Assembly: GCA_028281885.1 (NCBI GenBank)
Contig: JANQJA010000011.1
Location: forward strand, 129,200 to 193,199
Direction: 5' to 3'
Source: Pseudomonadales bacterium
Lineage (GTDB): Bacteria > Pseudomonadota > Gammaproteobacteria > Pseudomonadales > Azotimanducaceae
Length of the DNA: 64,000 nt
Shown one piece after another: positions 54,372 through 63,383 of this stretch; position 1 is the first letter of the stretch, and every line of letters begins with the position of its first letter. The notes under the pieces are model-generated. The model saw only the letters and a program-made list of their open reading frames with translations, was not told where the DNA came from and did not search any database. A program made the position numbers and the translations under genes.

Positions 54372-55860
54372 CGACCTCAATCGTAAAGAAGGCTTGGCCT
54401 GTCGAGGTGCCTTGCAAGTATGTTTGTTAAGAACAGGGACGATACTTCTCCGAGTGATCGCAATTTTGGCAATCAATTTTGTGATATTCGCTCATCAAGT
54501 GTTGCAGCGCGAAGAGGTAAACTCAGTCCAATATATGAGTCTCTTGCATTCGGTCAATTCCGCAGCAACCTTTCTGGACCAAGACGTCTATTTTCTGGTC
54601 GATTATCCTGACGGGAGCTTCAGAGCTTGGGAAACTCTCGCAGTTGATGACCCAGGTTATCCATTCATGTTGACGACCCTTGTGGGGTTAGGTGCGATCC
54701 AGCTAAATCCTGATGTTGTGGAACTTGTCACACGTGAAAACTATCACTTGTATGGTCTGTTCGATCCTCGGCACCCTAATAGTGGATCAGTTCAGCGTCG
54801 GTATGATCCAGCCATTGAAGATCTAGTAACGGCGATCTGGCGTGTTCCGTTCTATGTTTACTTCCTGGTGGTCAGTCTAATTTCGATTGTCTTGCTTACG
54901 CTTTATTCGTCATGGGGGCCTGTAAGAGTAATTCTTGCGAACATATTTTTGTTACAGCTACCATTGGTTGCGCCCAGCTTATTTTTTGACAGATTGCACT
55001 CTCATTCCTTGATTGTGTCTTCAGTAATGTGCGGTGTATTGGCGGCATTGTTGATTCTGTCAGGATATAGGAGGTCGCTTCCCTTTACAGCAGTGCTCAA
55101 TATTTTGGCGGGATTTCTTTTGGGTATTGGAGACCAGATGCGCCATGCTGAAGGACTTATCTTGATTGTAGCGATTTTAATGGGATCGATTTTTCTCGAA
55201 AGGACCTGGCCGCGAAAGTTTTTTATTGTCTTTGTGTTGATCGCCAGCTTCGGCCTAGTAGGCTTACTGTCTGATGCGCTTCGATATGAGCGAAATCAGC
55301 AGGTAGAAATATCGGGCGCTTCAACACAGCAATCGAATCACCCGTTTGGTCATGTTGGACTAATGGGTGTCAGACAGTCTGACAATGCTCTCGGTGTCAA
55401 GAATATGGACGAGATTGCGAAGGCGGTTGCGGAACATGCTGGTAAGGACCTAAAGATGGGGCAGCCAGAATATCATCTCGCAGCGCAAAGACTTTTTTTG
55501 GAGTACGTTCGCACCAACCCCATGGAGTACTTCACGATCCTAATCGCAAAGGTAGGTCCGATCGCTCAGTATGCTGCCTTCCGTATGCTTCCGGAAAGTT
55601 TAAAAACTGATGTTAAGAAAGTCATTGCGGGTGGTCTCTGGATGATATTCCTTTTGTTCTTGGCTGTAGGCATCATCTGGGGCGGATTTGAAGTGCGATG
55701 GTTCTCTTGTGTCCTTGTTCTTGTTTCAGCCGGATGCCTCGCGCCTCCGATATTGACTGGTGCTTACTATTCATTCGGACTAACAGTCCTGCTCTTCCTT
55801 GTATTGCTCGCCGGTACTCTTTGGATGCTTGGTTTCAGCCCTGCCCGCCGTCATGAGTGA
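54361..55860 (+). CDS. Polytopic membrane protein of unknown function (possible GT-C glycosyltransferase or polymerase)
   Basis: 499 aa with more than 10 TM helices and an acidic loop LAVDDPGYPF after the first helix. I can assign no confident family. Confidence 0.4.
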   Translation: MGSSDLNRKEGLACRGALQVCLLRTGTILLRVIAILAINFVIFAHQVLQREEVNSVQYMSLLHSVNSAATFLDQDVYFLVDYPDGSFRAWETLAVDDPGYPFMLTTLVGLGAIQLNPDVVELVTRENYHLYGLFDPRHPNSGSVQRRYDPAIEDLVTAIWRVPFYVYFLVVSLISIVLLTLYSSWGPVRVILANIFLLQLPLVAPSLFFDRLHSHSLIVSSVMCGVLAALLILSGYRRSLPFTAVLNILAGFLLGIGDQMRHAEGLILIVAILMGSIFLERTWPRKFFIVFVLIASFGLVGLLSDALRYERNQQVEISGASTQQSNHPFGHVGLMGVRQSDNALGVKNMDEIAKAVAEHAGKDLKMGQPEYHLAAQRLFLEYVRTNPMEYFTILIAKVGPIAQYAAFRMLPESLKTDVKKVIAGGLWMIFLLFLAVGIIWGGFEVRWFSCVLVLVSAGCLAPPILTGAYYSFGLTVLLFLVLLAGTLWMLGFSPARRHE

Positions 55861-56929
55861 TGTACATGCGACGCCGTTTGTTTTGATAACTGGCAATGCA
55901 CGATCGGGAACGACCTTTGTGTCATCCCAGCTTGCGCGCAAGTTTGACATTGCGATTCCCGTCGAGAGCTTTTTTATCCCGCACTTTGAACGCTATGCAG
56001 GTCTGTTCTCGATCCTGGGTCGGGGCGATAGTCGGTTGCTCGCTCAAGCGGTGCAGGACTATCTTGAAATATCCCTGTATGCGGGAACGCGGTCTCCGGC
56101 GCCTCAGAGCATGTTGCTGAACAGCCTGCTGTCAACAATCTATAGACAGCGAGCGACACTGAGTAATTGCCATGGATATAGTGAGTTCTTGAATGAGCTC
56201 TTTAGACTGTACGCGGAGGAGCAAGGGGCCAGCCGCTGGGGTGAGAAAGGTATGAACTATGAGCTAGAACGATTAGAGCGGTACGATCGGTGTCTAAATC
56301 ATATGAAAGTCCTTCACATCGTTCGTGATGGTCGGGACGTCGCGCTATCTTGGATGAGGGAGTGGTTCGGCCCAAAATCGGTAGCAGAGTCGGCGATGCT
56401 CTGGCGACGTCACGTGCTCCATTATCGTGCCTGGGGAAACCAGAATCCAGATCGCTATTTCGAGGTTCGGTACGAGGACTTTCTTGCTCGTCCAGATTCA
56501 ATACTTTCAGCGATCGGTATGTTTTTCGAGTTGAACCCAATTGAGTCAGATGCCGGTTCCACATTGACCGATAGCTTGCGTCACGAAGTTTGGGCGCGCA
56601 ACTTGCGTCGGCCCATCATGAAGGAAAACTCAAACAAGTGGATTCGAGAGATGTCTTCGCGCGACGTCGCCCTGTTCGAGTCAATCGCGGGAGACGCGTT
56701 GAATCGATTCGGGTATTCGCCCGCTACTGAGTCACGATATTCAAAGCTCTTTGTTCGTCGATTGCAGGGTTATGTCCTCAGGCTCGCTGACTCGAATTTC
56801 TATAGACGTAAGATTAGGAGACATCTCCCCCTGGTATTAATTGTATCCCGTCTAATAGCTTATCGATTCGTTTCGTTCCTGATAGATCGTTTTGTCGTGC
56901 GTGGCGTGCGAGTTGTGGAGGTTAAGTGA
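55853..56929 (+). CDS. Sulfotransferase family protein
   Basis: 5'-PSB loop LITGNARSGTTF and 3'-PB-like LHIVRDGRDVALS. ATG 55853 overlaps the preceding stop by 8 nt. The ORF-track start at 55799 lies inside the previous gene. Confidence 0.8.
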   Translation: MSDVHATPFVLITGNARSGTTFVSSQLARKFDIAIPVESFFIPHFERYAGLFSILGRGDSRLLAQAVQDYLEISLYAGTRSPAPQSMLLNSLLSTIYRQRATLSNCHGYSEFLNELFRLYAEEQGASRWGEKGMNYELERLERYDRCLNHMKVLHIVRDGRDVALSWMREWFGPKSVAESAMLWRRHVLHYRAWGNQNPDRYFEVRYEDFLARPDSILSAIGMFFELNPIESDAGSTLTDSLRHEVWARNLRRPIMKENSNKWIREMSSRDVALFESIAGDALNRFGYSPATESRYSKLFVRRLQGYVLRLADSNFYRRKIRRHLPLVLIVSRLIAYRFVSFLIDRFVVRGVRVVEVK

Positions 56930-57783
56930 ATTCGCGGAAATTTCTGATAGTGAACGCCGATGATTTTGGCATAAGTGAGTCGGTATCTCGGGGTATTCTG
57001 TTTGGTCATGAGTTCGGGGTCGTTTCATCTACGACGGCCATCACGAACGGTAGATTTTTTGAAGAAGGTGCGCGATTGCTCCGTTCGATGCCGGCGTTGG
57101 GTGTAGGTGTCCACTTAAATCTGGACGAGGAGACAGCGGCTTTGCCCCCTTCAAAAATCCCTTCGCTCGTGGATGAAGAGGGTAGGTTCTATTCTCGATG
57201 GACTATGATTAGTCGATTAATTCGCGGCACCTCGTTGGTTTCAGATGTTGCGGCAGAATGGAGCGCGCAGATCCGGCGTTGCCTGGATTTTGGTATCAGC
57301 CCTAGTCATCTTGACTCGCACGGTCATATTTATCATCTTCCAGTGCTTCACGCGCTGATCGGAGATTTGGCTGTCAAGTTTGGCATTAACTCGGTTAGGA
57401 GAACCACACCTCAACTGGGCTCTTTGGCGAGGAACCCCGGCGCGCTCATGAAGTCCATATCGCTGCTCGCTTGCGGGATTCCCTTTGACCGCAGACCTCA
57501 ACTTCAAAAGGTGGCGAAGGTTCGAGCAATTGGGTTGGAAGAAAGTGGCCGATGTACGCACCTAGATCTGGTAAATCATATACGACGGTTACCACCCGGC
57601 GTCACTGAAATCATGTTGCATCCAGGATTCAATGGGCCCGATAACAGTGTTTATGAGGGATGGCAATATCGATGGGAGCAGGAACTTCAGGCGATTACCG
57701 ACATTCGGGTGATTGAAGAAATCGAGAGAAATGGCGTTGAGCTCGTTAGTCATCACGATCTGGTGGGACTTAGATATGAATAA
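56926..57783 (+). CDS. YdjC/ChbG/HpnK-family carbohydrate deacetylase
   Basis: LIVNADDFGISESVSRGI and LDSHGHIY motifs of the YdjC family. Confidence 0.8.
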   Translation: MNSRKFLIVNADDFGISESVSRGILFGHEFGVVSSTTAITNGRFFEEGARLLRSMPALGVGVHLNLDEETAALPPSKIPSLVDEEGRFYSRWTMISRLIRGTSLVSDVAAEWSAQIRRCLDFGISPSHLDSHGHIYHLPVLHALIGDLAVKFGINSVRRTTPQLGSLARNPGALMKSISLLACGIPFDRRPQLQKVAKVRAIGLEESGRCTHLDLVNHIRRLPPGVTEIMLHPGFNGPDNSVYEGWQYRWEQELQAITDIRVIEEIERNGVELVSHHDLVGLRYE

Positions 57784-58492
57784 CCAGAAGAATGACAAGT
57801 GGCAGGATTATTGGAATAGCGATGAAGTTGAGAAACTTGAGACGCCCTATTGGACGGAGTTTTACGTAGATGCGATTAGTGCGCTCGACGTCATCGGGGC
57901 AGAAGCTACGGTTCTAGATTTTGGCGCAGGATGGGGGGCTATTGGTGCATCCTTGGGCGCGCACTGTAGAAGACTCATCCTTCTCGATGCTAGTGAAAAG
58001 CTAAGGCATCTTATGGCTCGTCGATTCGAGGACGACTCTGGAACCCTGGTAGTGGCTTCCTTGGAAGAGGTTAATGAATCAATCGACGTCATACTGGCAA
58101 ATAGTGTCTTCCAGTATATCCCTCTTCACGAAGGTGTTCGCATTCTAGAGAGCTTCAGTTTGATATCGCGCCCGGGGACGATACTCCTGATGTCGGATCT
58201 CGTTCCGATAAAGTATTCAAAGGTGGAGGATCTTATATTCTTGCTTGCTCATACATTCCGAGTTGGAAGGCTTCCAACGTTTATTTCTCATGTCTGGCGC
58301 GCTGTTCGGCAGTCAGGTGACACGAATCTCGCGGATAGATTAGAACGATATGAGAGCGGTTTTATACTGCGTGTACTCGATCAGCTCGGTTTTGATGCGA
58401 AAGTGCTTCCTCGCAATCTGACACCATCCTCAAGAAGGTACTCGGTACTGGCGGTTAAGCGAGCCGACAGATCTATTCAGGAGGAACTGTGA
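57776..58492 (+). CDS. Class I SAM-dependent methyltransferase
   Basis: VLDFGAGWGAIG motif I. ATG 57776 overlaps the preceding stop by 8 nt. Confidence 0.7.
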   Translation: MNNQKNDKWQDYWNSDEVEKLETPYWTEFYVDAISALDVIGAEATVLDFGAGWGAIGASLGAHCRRLILLDASEKLRHLMARRFEDDSGTLVVASLEEVNESIDVILANSVFQYIPLHEGVRILESFSLISRPGTILLMSDLVPIKYSKVEDLIFLLAHTFRVGRLPTFISHVWRAVRQSGDTNLADRLERYESGFILRVLDQLGFDAKVLPRNLTPSSRRYSVLAVKRADRSIQEEL

Positions 58493-59457
58493 GCGATAGA
58501 CGTGTCTTGGTGCTTGGTGGAGCGGGCTTCATCGGAAGCCATGTAGTAGCTGAACTCATAAAAAGCGATTACGAGGTTTTTGTTATTGATGGACTTTGCC
58601 CAGAGACCGGAGGAGCGGCGGAAAATTTGGCCGAAATCGGACTGGCTGAATCCAATGTCAATCTTGAACCGATCGCGTCGAGTCCAGATGTGCGTGACTG
58701 GCTATCGAGTTCCAACGTTGTATTGGATCTGATGGCACTAACTTCTCATGGATACGGTTTTGAGCATCCAATCCAGGACGCGATGTTCAATCTTATGTCA
58801 CACGTTGTGCTTCTAGATCTGATCCAGGAGGTTTCCTATCGCGGGCGCGTCGTGTTATTCGGATCAAGAGGGCAATACGGCAGGGTTGATGATCACGGAT
58901 TCGACGAGTCTGTACGAAGAGAACCACTGGATCCACAAGGGGTTAATAAAGCGGCAGCCGAGAGGCTTTTCGAATTATACTCTCGTCGCGTGGGTTTTCA
59001 TTGTGACGCACTTAGAATCACGAACTGCTTCGGCCCTCGTCAGAAGTTGAAGGGTGATGACATTGGATTGGTTGGGACCTTCATTAAAGAGCTACTGAGA
59101 AATCGCGAGATTGATCTGTACGGATCAGGCGACAGGACCAAGGATCTGCTTTTCGTGAACGATTTGGTAGAAATGGTTGCAAATTTGTTGCAGAAGCCGG
59201 GCGGCGGCTTCCGAGCGTTGAACGTCGGGGGCGCTGCCGTCGCTGTGGGCGATTTAGTAAGTCTGCTCGTTGAAATTTGCGGCACCGGATCCTATAGGAT
59301 TACGCCATTTCCTGAAGAGACGTTGCAATCAGACGTTGGCGAAGCCGCGATGGATTGTTCGGCTTTGCAGGAAATCGCTGGCGTGGCTGAGTTGACCGAA
59401 TTATCTTGCGCTCTAGAGATAACAGTTGAAGATTTCAAGAAGCGGTTGGGAGAGTAG
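58489..59457 (+). CDS. NAD-dependent epimerase/dehydratase family protein
   Basis: VLVLGGAGFIGSHV Rossmann motif and extended-SDR length. Confidence 0.75.
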   Translation: MSDRRVLVLGGAGFIGSHVVAELIKSDYEVFVIDGLCPETGGAAENLAEIGLAESNVNLEPIASSPDVRDWLSSSNVVLDLMALTSHGYGFEHPIQDAMFNLMSHVVLLDLIQEVSYRGRVVLFGSRGQYGRVDDHGFDESVRREPLDPQGVNKAAAERLFELYSRRVGFHCDALRITNCFGPRQKLKGDDIGLVGTFIKELLRNREIDLYGSGDRTKDLLFVNDLVEMVANLLQKPGGGFRALNVGGAAVAVGDLVSLLVEICGTGSYRITPFPEETLQSDVGEAAMDCSALQEIAGVAELTELSCALEITVEDFKKRLGE

Positions 59458-59458
59458 T

Positions 59459-60574
59459 TTGATCTGGAGATGTGATTTGCAGGCACAGTATGAAGCCTTT
59501 CGTGAGGAAGTGCTTTCAACCGTAAGTGATGTGCTTGAATCGGGACGCTACACGCTTGCTGAAAGGGTCAGATCTTTTGAAGCTGAGTTTGCTGAATTTG
59601 TTGACGCCCAACATTGTTTATCCGTCGGCAGCGGGACGGATGCACTGATTATCAGTCTAAAGTTGGCTGGAATCGAGCCTGGAGATGAGGTTATAACCAC
59701 CCCCTTTACAGCAATACCGACGGTGTCGGCGATAATCGCGGCCGGAGCGAAGCCGGTATTCGTAGATATAGAAGAGTCGACCTATTTAATGGACATCAAC
59801 AAAGCACTTGCAGCTGTTAATGAGAGAACCAAAGCGGTGATGCCTGTTCACATTTTTGGAAATGTATTCGATGTTGAGGCACTTCGTTCTGAGTTGCGTG
59901 AAGATATCCTGATGATAGAGGATGCAGCGCAGGCACATGGTAGCCGTATTCGGGGGCGCTCTGCTGGTGCGATTGGTGATCTCGGAGCGTTTAGCTTTTA
60001 CCCAACCAAGAATCTAGGTGGCTACGGCGACGGTGGCGCAATCGTATTCGAGCGAGAAGAGTTCCGACCTAGGATCGAAAGGTTGCGTCAGTATGGAATG
60101 GTCGACAAGGATCATATTGTGCACCACGGTATCAATTCGAGGATGGACGAGATTCAAGCTGCAATCCTTTTGGTTAAGCTAAAACATCTGGAAGCGATGA
60201 ATCGACGGCGTCGTGAACTTGCTGATGTTTACGTTTCAGAACTTGAAGGTTATCTTTTATTTCAAGAAATACCGAAGGACGTTGTACACAATTTCCACGT
60301 CATGGTGGGTCGCGTTATAGGAGATAGGAACGCGCTTTTGGAGCGCATGACCCGACGCGAGATTCAGTGCAATATCTACTATCCGTTACCGTTACATCTC
60401 CAGGAAGCCAATCGGTTTCTTGGTTATCAGGTTGGTGATTTTCCGATAACGGAGAAGTTGTGTGGCGAGGTACTTGCGCTACCTATGTATCCTGAACTCC
60501 CCGAACCATTGTTGCGAAGAACGATAGAGGTGCTTAGATCGGAGATGGGAGAGATGAATGCCCGCTTTGGATAA
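59459..60574 (+). CDS. DegT/DnrJ/EryC1/StrS-family sugar aminotransferase
   Basis: DLQAQYEAF start, GSGTDAL, EDAAQAHG and the FSFYPTKNLG lysine motif. TTG 59459 is preceded by GGGAGAG (59447-59453). Confidence 0.85.
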   Translation: MIWRCDLQAQYEAFREEVLSTVSDVLESGRYTLAERVRSFEAEFAEFVDAQHCLSVGSGTDALIISLKLAGIEPGDEVITTPFTAIPTVSAIIAAGAKPVFVDIEESTYLMDINKALAAVNERTKAVMPVHIFGNVFDVEALRSELREDILMIEDAAQAHGSRIRGRSAGAIGDLGAFSFYPTKNLGGYGDGGAIVFEREEFRPRIERLRQYGMVDKDHIVHHGINSRMDEIQAAILLVKLKHLEAMNRRRRELADVYVSELEGYLLFQEIPKDVVHNFHVMVGRVIGDRNALLERMTRREIQCNIYYPLPLHLQEANRFLGYQVGDFPITEKLCGEVLALPMYPELPEPLLRRTIEVLRSEMGEMNARFG

Positions 60575-61538
60575 ACCTACTGTTTCAGTGGTTCTGCCAA
60601 CGCTCAACGAAGCGAAGAACATTCCGATCATTACGAACATGCTTCGTGATAGGCTTCGTGAATCGGAATGTGACTATGAAATTATTTTCGTTGATGATGA
60701 TAGTCACGACGGGTCTGATGAGATCTTCGATCGGTTAAACTGTGAAGACCCGAAAGTACGATTTATTGTGATGTCCAGGCGATTTGGTGATCAGGTTTGT
60801 CTGATGGCGGGCATCAATGCGGCGACTGGAGACGCGGTCATCACGATGGATTCAGATCTGCAACATCCGCCTAGTGATATCCCGAAAATGATCGCGGCAT
60901 GGAAGCAAGGGGCGGATATCGTCATTATGATCCGCAAGTCGGCTGGCCATCGAAGTTGGGTTAAGAAGCTGACAGAAATTTCTTTCTACCGCATCTTAAG
61001 CCTGCTGTCGGACTCGCCTATCATCCATAGATTTGCTGGGTTTGCATTGATTGACCGCAGAGCAGTTGATGCGGTCAGCCAACACCGGGAGGCCGAGCCC
61101 TTCTTGCGGGGCCTGATACCGCTTGTGGGATTCCGTCGCCAGGAAATGTTTTACGTCGAGAGTGAACGGCAGCACGGAGATACAAAATACAATTTTCTTA
61201 GGATGTGGCGTTTGGCTCTATCGGGATTAACGTCGTTTTCGGTTAAACCATTGTACTTCTCGATTTACTTCGGTGGATTCGTCGTTGCGATGGCGAGTAT
61301 CTACGCGATGTATCTCCTGCTGCGATATTTGTTTCTCGACGAAGTTACGCAGCCTGGCTGGGCATCCACCATGATTATCACACTGTTCATGGGAGGGACC
61401 CAACTCTTTTGCATTGGACTCCTAGGGTTGTACCTAAGCAAGATTTTTCTGGAAGTAAAAGGCAGACCTCGATACACGATTGCCCGTCAAAGTTCTCCTC
61501 AACGGGATGTCAGGAAAGTAGATAGTACGCCGTCCTGA
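60558..61538 (+). CDS. Glycosyltransferase family 2, polyprenyl-phosphate sugar synthase type (ArnC/GtrB/DPM1-like)
   Basis: VSVVLPTLNEAKNI, FVDDDSHDGS and MDSDLQHPP motifs plus two C-terminal TM helices. Confidence 0.8.
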   Translation: MPALDKPTVSVVLPTLNEAKNIPIITNMLRDRLRESECDYEIIFVDDDSHDGSDEIFDRLNCEDPKVRFIVMSRRFGDQVCLMAGINAATGDAVITMDSDLQHPPSDIPKMIAAWKQGADIVIMIRKSAGHRSWVKKLTEISFYRILSLLSDSPIIHRFAGFALIDRRAVDAVSQHREAEPFLRGLIPLVGFRRQEMFYVESERQHGDTKYNFLRMWRLALSGLTSFSVKPLYFSIYFGGFVVAMASIYAMYLLLRYLFLDEVTQPGWASTMIITLFMGGTQLFCIGLLGLYLSKIFLEVKGRPRYTIARQSSPQRDVRKVDSTPS

Positions 61539-61585
61539 GTTGACGGGCGGCTTTGCGAACAGGAATGGACATTTGGGAGTAGGTA

Positions 61586-62290
61586 TTGTTATCAATCGTT
61601 GATAAAGAAACGTATTGGAAATTGGTTGATGTTGGCTATGAGCGGCTGATTCCCAAGCCAGAAATCTGGCACCTCAAGTCGGTGCAAGACCTCGTTGCTC
61701 TAAGCGTTCTCCAGCATTGCGAGGACGAATCAATCGCAGAGATTGGAGGCGGAGCATCGCGCTTATTACCGTTTCTCGCGAAGCGAAACCAGTGTGCAAA
61801 CATCGAAGAGTTTCGTGGGGAGAATGGCGGTCCCTCTAGCGAAATAGTGATTGAAAACGTTGAAAATATATCAACCAAGATTGGAGAGTTTTCAGAGTTG
61901 GTTGAGTCGGAGTCTTTCGACACGGTATTCTCGATTTCGGTGGTCGAACATGTTGGTTCTGATAGGCTGAAAGGCTTCTTTCGCGATTGCCATCGAATCT
62001 TGAGGCCAGGTGGCATCATGTGCCATTTAATCGACATCTATCTTGAGGACGTGAATGGCGACAATCGCTATGCGTCTTCAAGAATTGAACTCTATCGCGA
62101 GCCCTTCGAAACGGGATTATTCGAAGCGAAGGGTGATCTTCTTGTCAGCAAGGAAGCGGTGTTTTCAACGCGATATGTCACCAATCCCGACAATGTCATG
62201 ATGCTCTGGAATCGGAGCGCCCCCCATCTCGTGGAAAAACGTCAATGCGCTCAAAGCTGTTCACTTTTGATGCTTGGGGTGAAAATCTAA
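61586..62290 (+). CDS. Class I SAM-dependent methyltransferase
   Basis: IAEIGGGASR motif I and FDTVFSISVVEHV...LRPGGIM. TTG 61586 is preceded by GGGAG (61575-61579). Confidence 0.65.
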   Translation: MLSIVDKETYWKLVDVGYERLIPKPEIWHLKSVQDLVALSVLQHCEDESIAEIGGGASRLLPFLAKRNQCANIEEFRGENGGPSSEIVIENVENISTKIGEFSELVESESFDTVFSISVVEHVGSDRLKGFFRDCHRILRPGGIMCHLIDIYLEDVNGDNRYASSRIELYREPFETGLFEAKGDLLVSKEAVFSTRYVTNPDNVMMLWNRSAPHLVEKRQCAQSCSLLMLGVKI

Positions 62291-62624
62291 CCGTGTTGTA
62301 CGCGTCCACAACTATTTTGTTGCGGTACGTTTTGAATATCTGAGCAAATATTAAGCGGTAGAAAACTCTGACTGGCAGTGAAACTAAGTGAGAGGTATTT
62401 ATATATGGACTCAAACGGGCACATGTTCAACCTTCATGACGAACCGTTCTTTCTCTTGTAGGGTTCAACTTATGAAGTTCTGGGGTGGGCTTGCCCGCTT
62501 GGTCAAATATTAACCTGATCCTACGTTGCTGCGCTGAGGTATAGCTAAACCCATTCAATCATATTTCAACTACTACCGGCAGATTGCAATAATGTGATGG
62601 CGCAAATTGCAATTCTCGCCATTG

Positions 62625-63383
62625 TCACGACGGCGCCGGGTCCAAAAGTCCGCCGTGGATTCCGCCGCTGGCATTGATGCACGCACCATGAACGAATTGT
62701 GCTTTCTCTGAACACAGAAAAACAGCGAGCTCTGCGATCTCTTGTGGCTCCGCGATACGTCCTGCGGGATGGAGTTCCTCAAGCTTTCGTAGTTCTTCCT
62801 CGCGGCCAATAAAACCAGCATCTAGCATCTCTGTTCTCACCGCTGCGGGCTCTATCGCATTAATTCTTATTCGATCTCTGAGATCCACTGCAAGGCTTCG
62901 GGTCAGGGTGCTTAAGGCACCTTTAGTCGTGGCGTAAGTGACAAAACGTTGTTTCGTTTGCGTCGCGTGGATACTGCTAATGTTGACGACAGCACCATGA
63001 TTTCTCTCAAGCTGTTCTAAAAAAAGCTGGATCAAGAAAAAAGGGGCGGAAAGATTTACAGCGAGGCTTTCGGCCCAGTCCGATCTGGTTACATCACGGC
63101 TACTGGCCAGCCTCTGGATTGCTGCATTATTGACGAGTGCAGAAATTCCAGTTTGATTGGTAGCTTGAGAAATGCGCGCTAAGAACTCGGCCGCGACTCC
63201 TTCATCGGTCGCCAACTCTGTTAGGTCGAGCGCCTGATGTTTGACTTTCTCATGCTGAAAAGGGTCCTTGTCAACACTATCTGTTGCAATGACCGAGTAA
63301 CCCGCAGCGATGAATTCCCAAACAAGCGCTTGGCCGATGCCGCCGTTAGCACCAGTTATCAGCACCCACTTTTGGCTAGTCAT
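62625..63383 (-). CDS. Short-chain dehydrogenase/reductase (classical SDR)
   Basis: VLITGANGGIGQAL, NNAA and YATTKGAL (YxxxK) motifs. Confidence 0.85.
   Translation of the reverse strand: MTSQKWVLITGANGGIGQALVWEFIAAGYSVIATDSVDKDPFQHEKVKHQALDLTELATDEGVAAEFLARISQATNQTGISALVNNAAIQRLASSRDVTRSDWAESLAVNLSAPFFLIQLFLEQLERNHGAVVNISSIHATQTKQRFVTYATTKGALSTLTRSLAVDLRDRIRINAIEPAAVRTEMLDAGFIGREEELRKLEELHPAGRIAEPQEIAELAVFLCSEKAQFVHGACINASGGIHGGLLDPAPS

Noticed and set aside
62345-62356. Second partial ops-like match (aGCGGTAGaaa) in the 62291-62624 intergenic region
   Set aside because: Only 7 of 12 positions match. It lies downstream of the last plus-strand gene, with no plus-strand gene to regulate.
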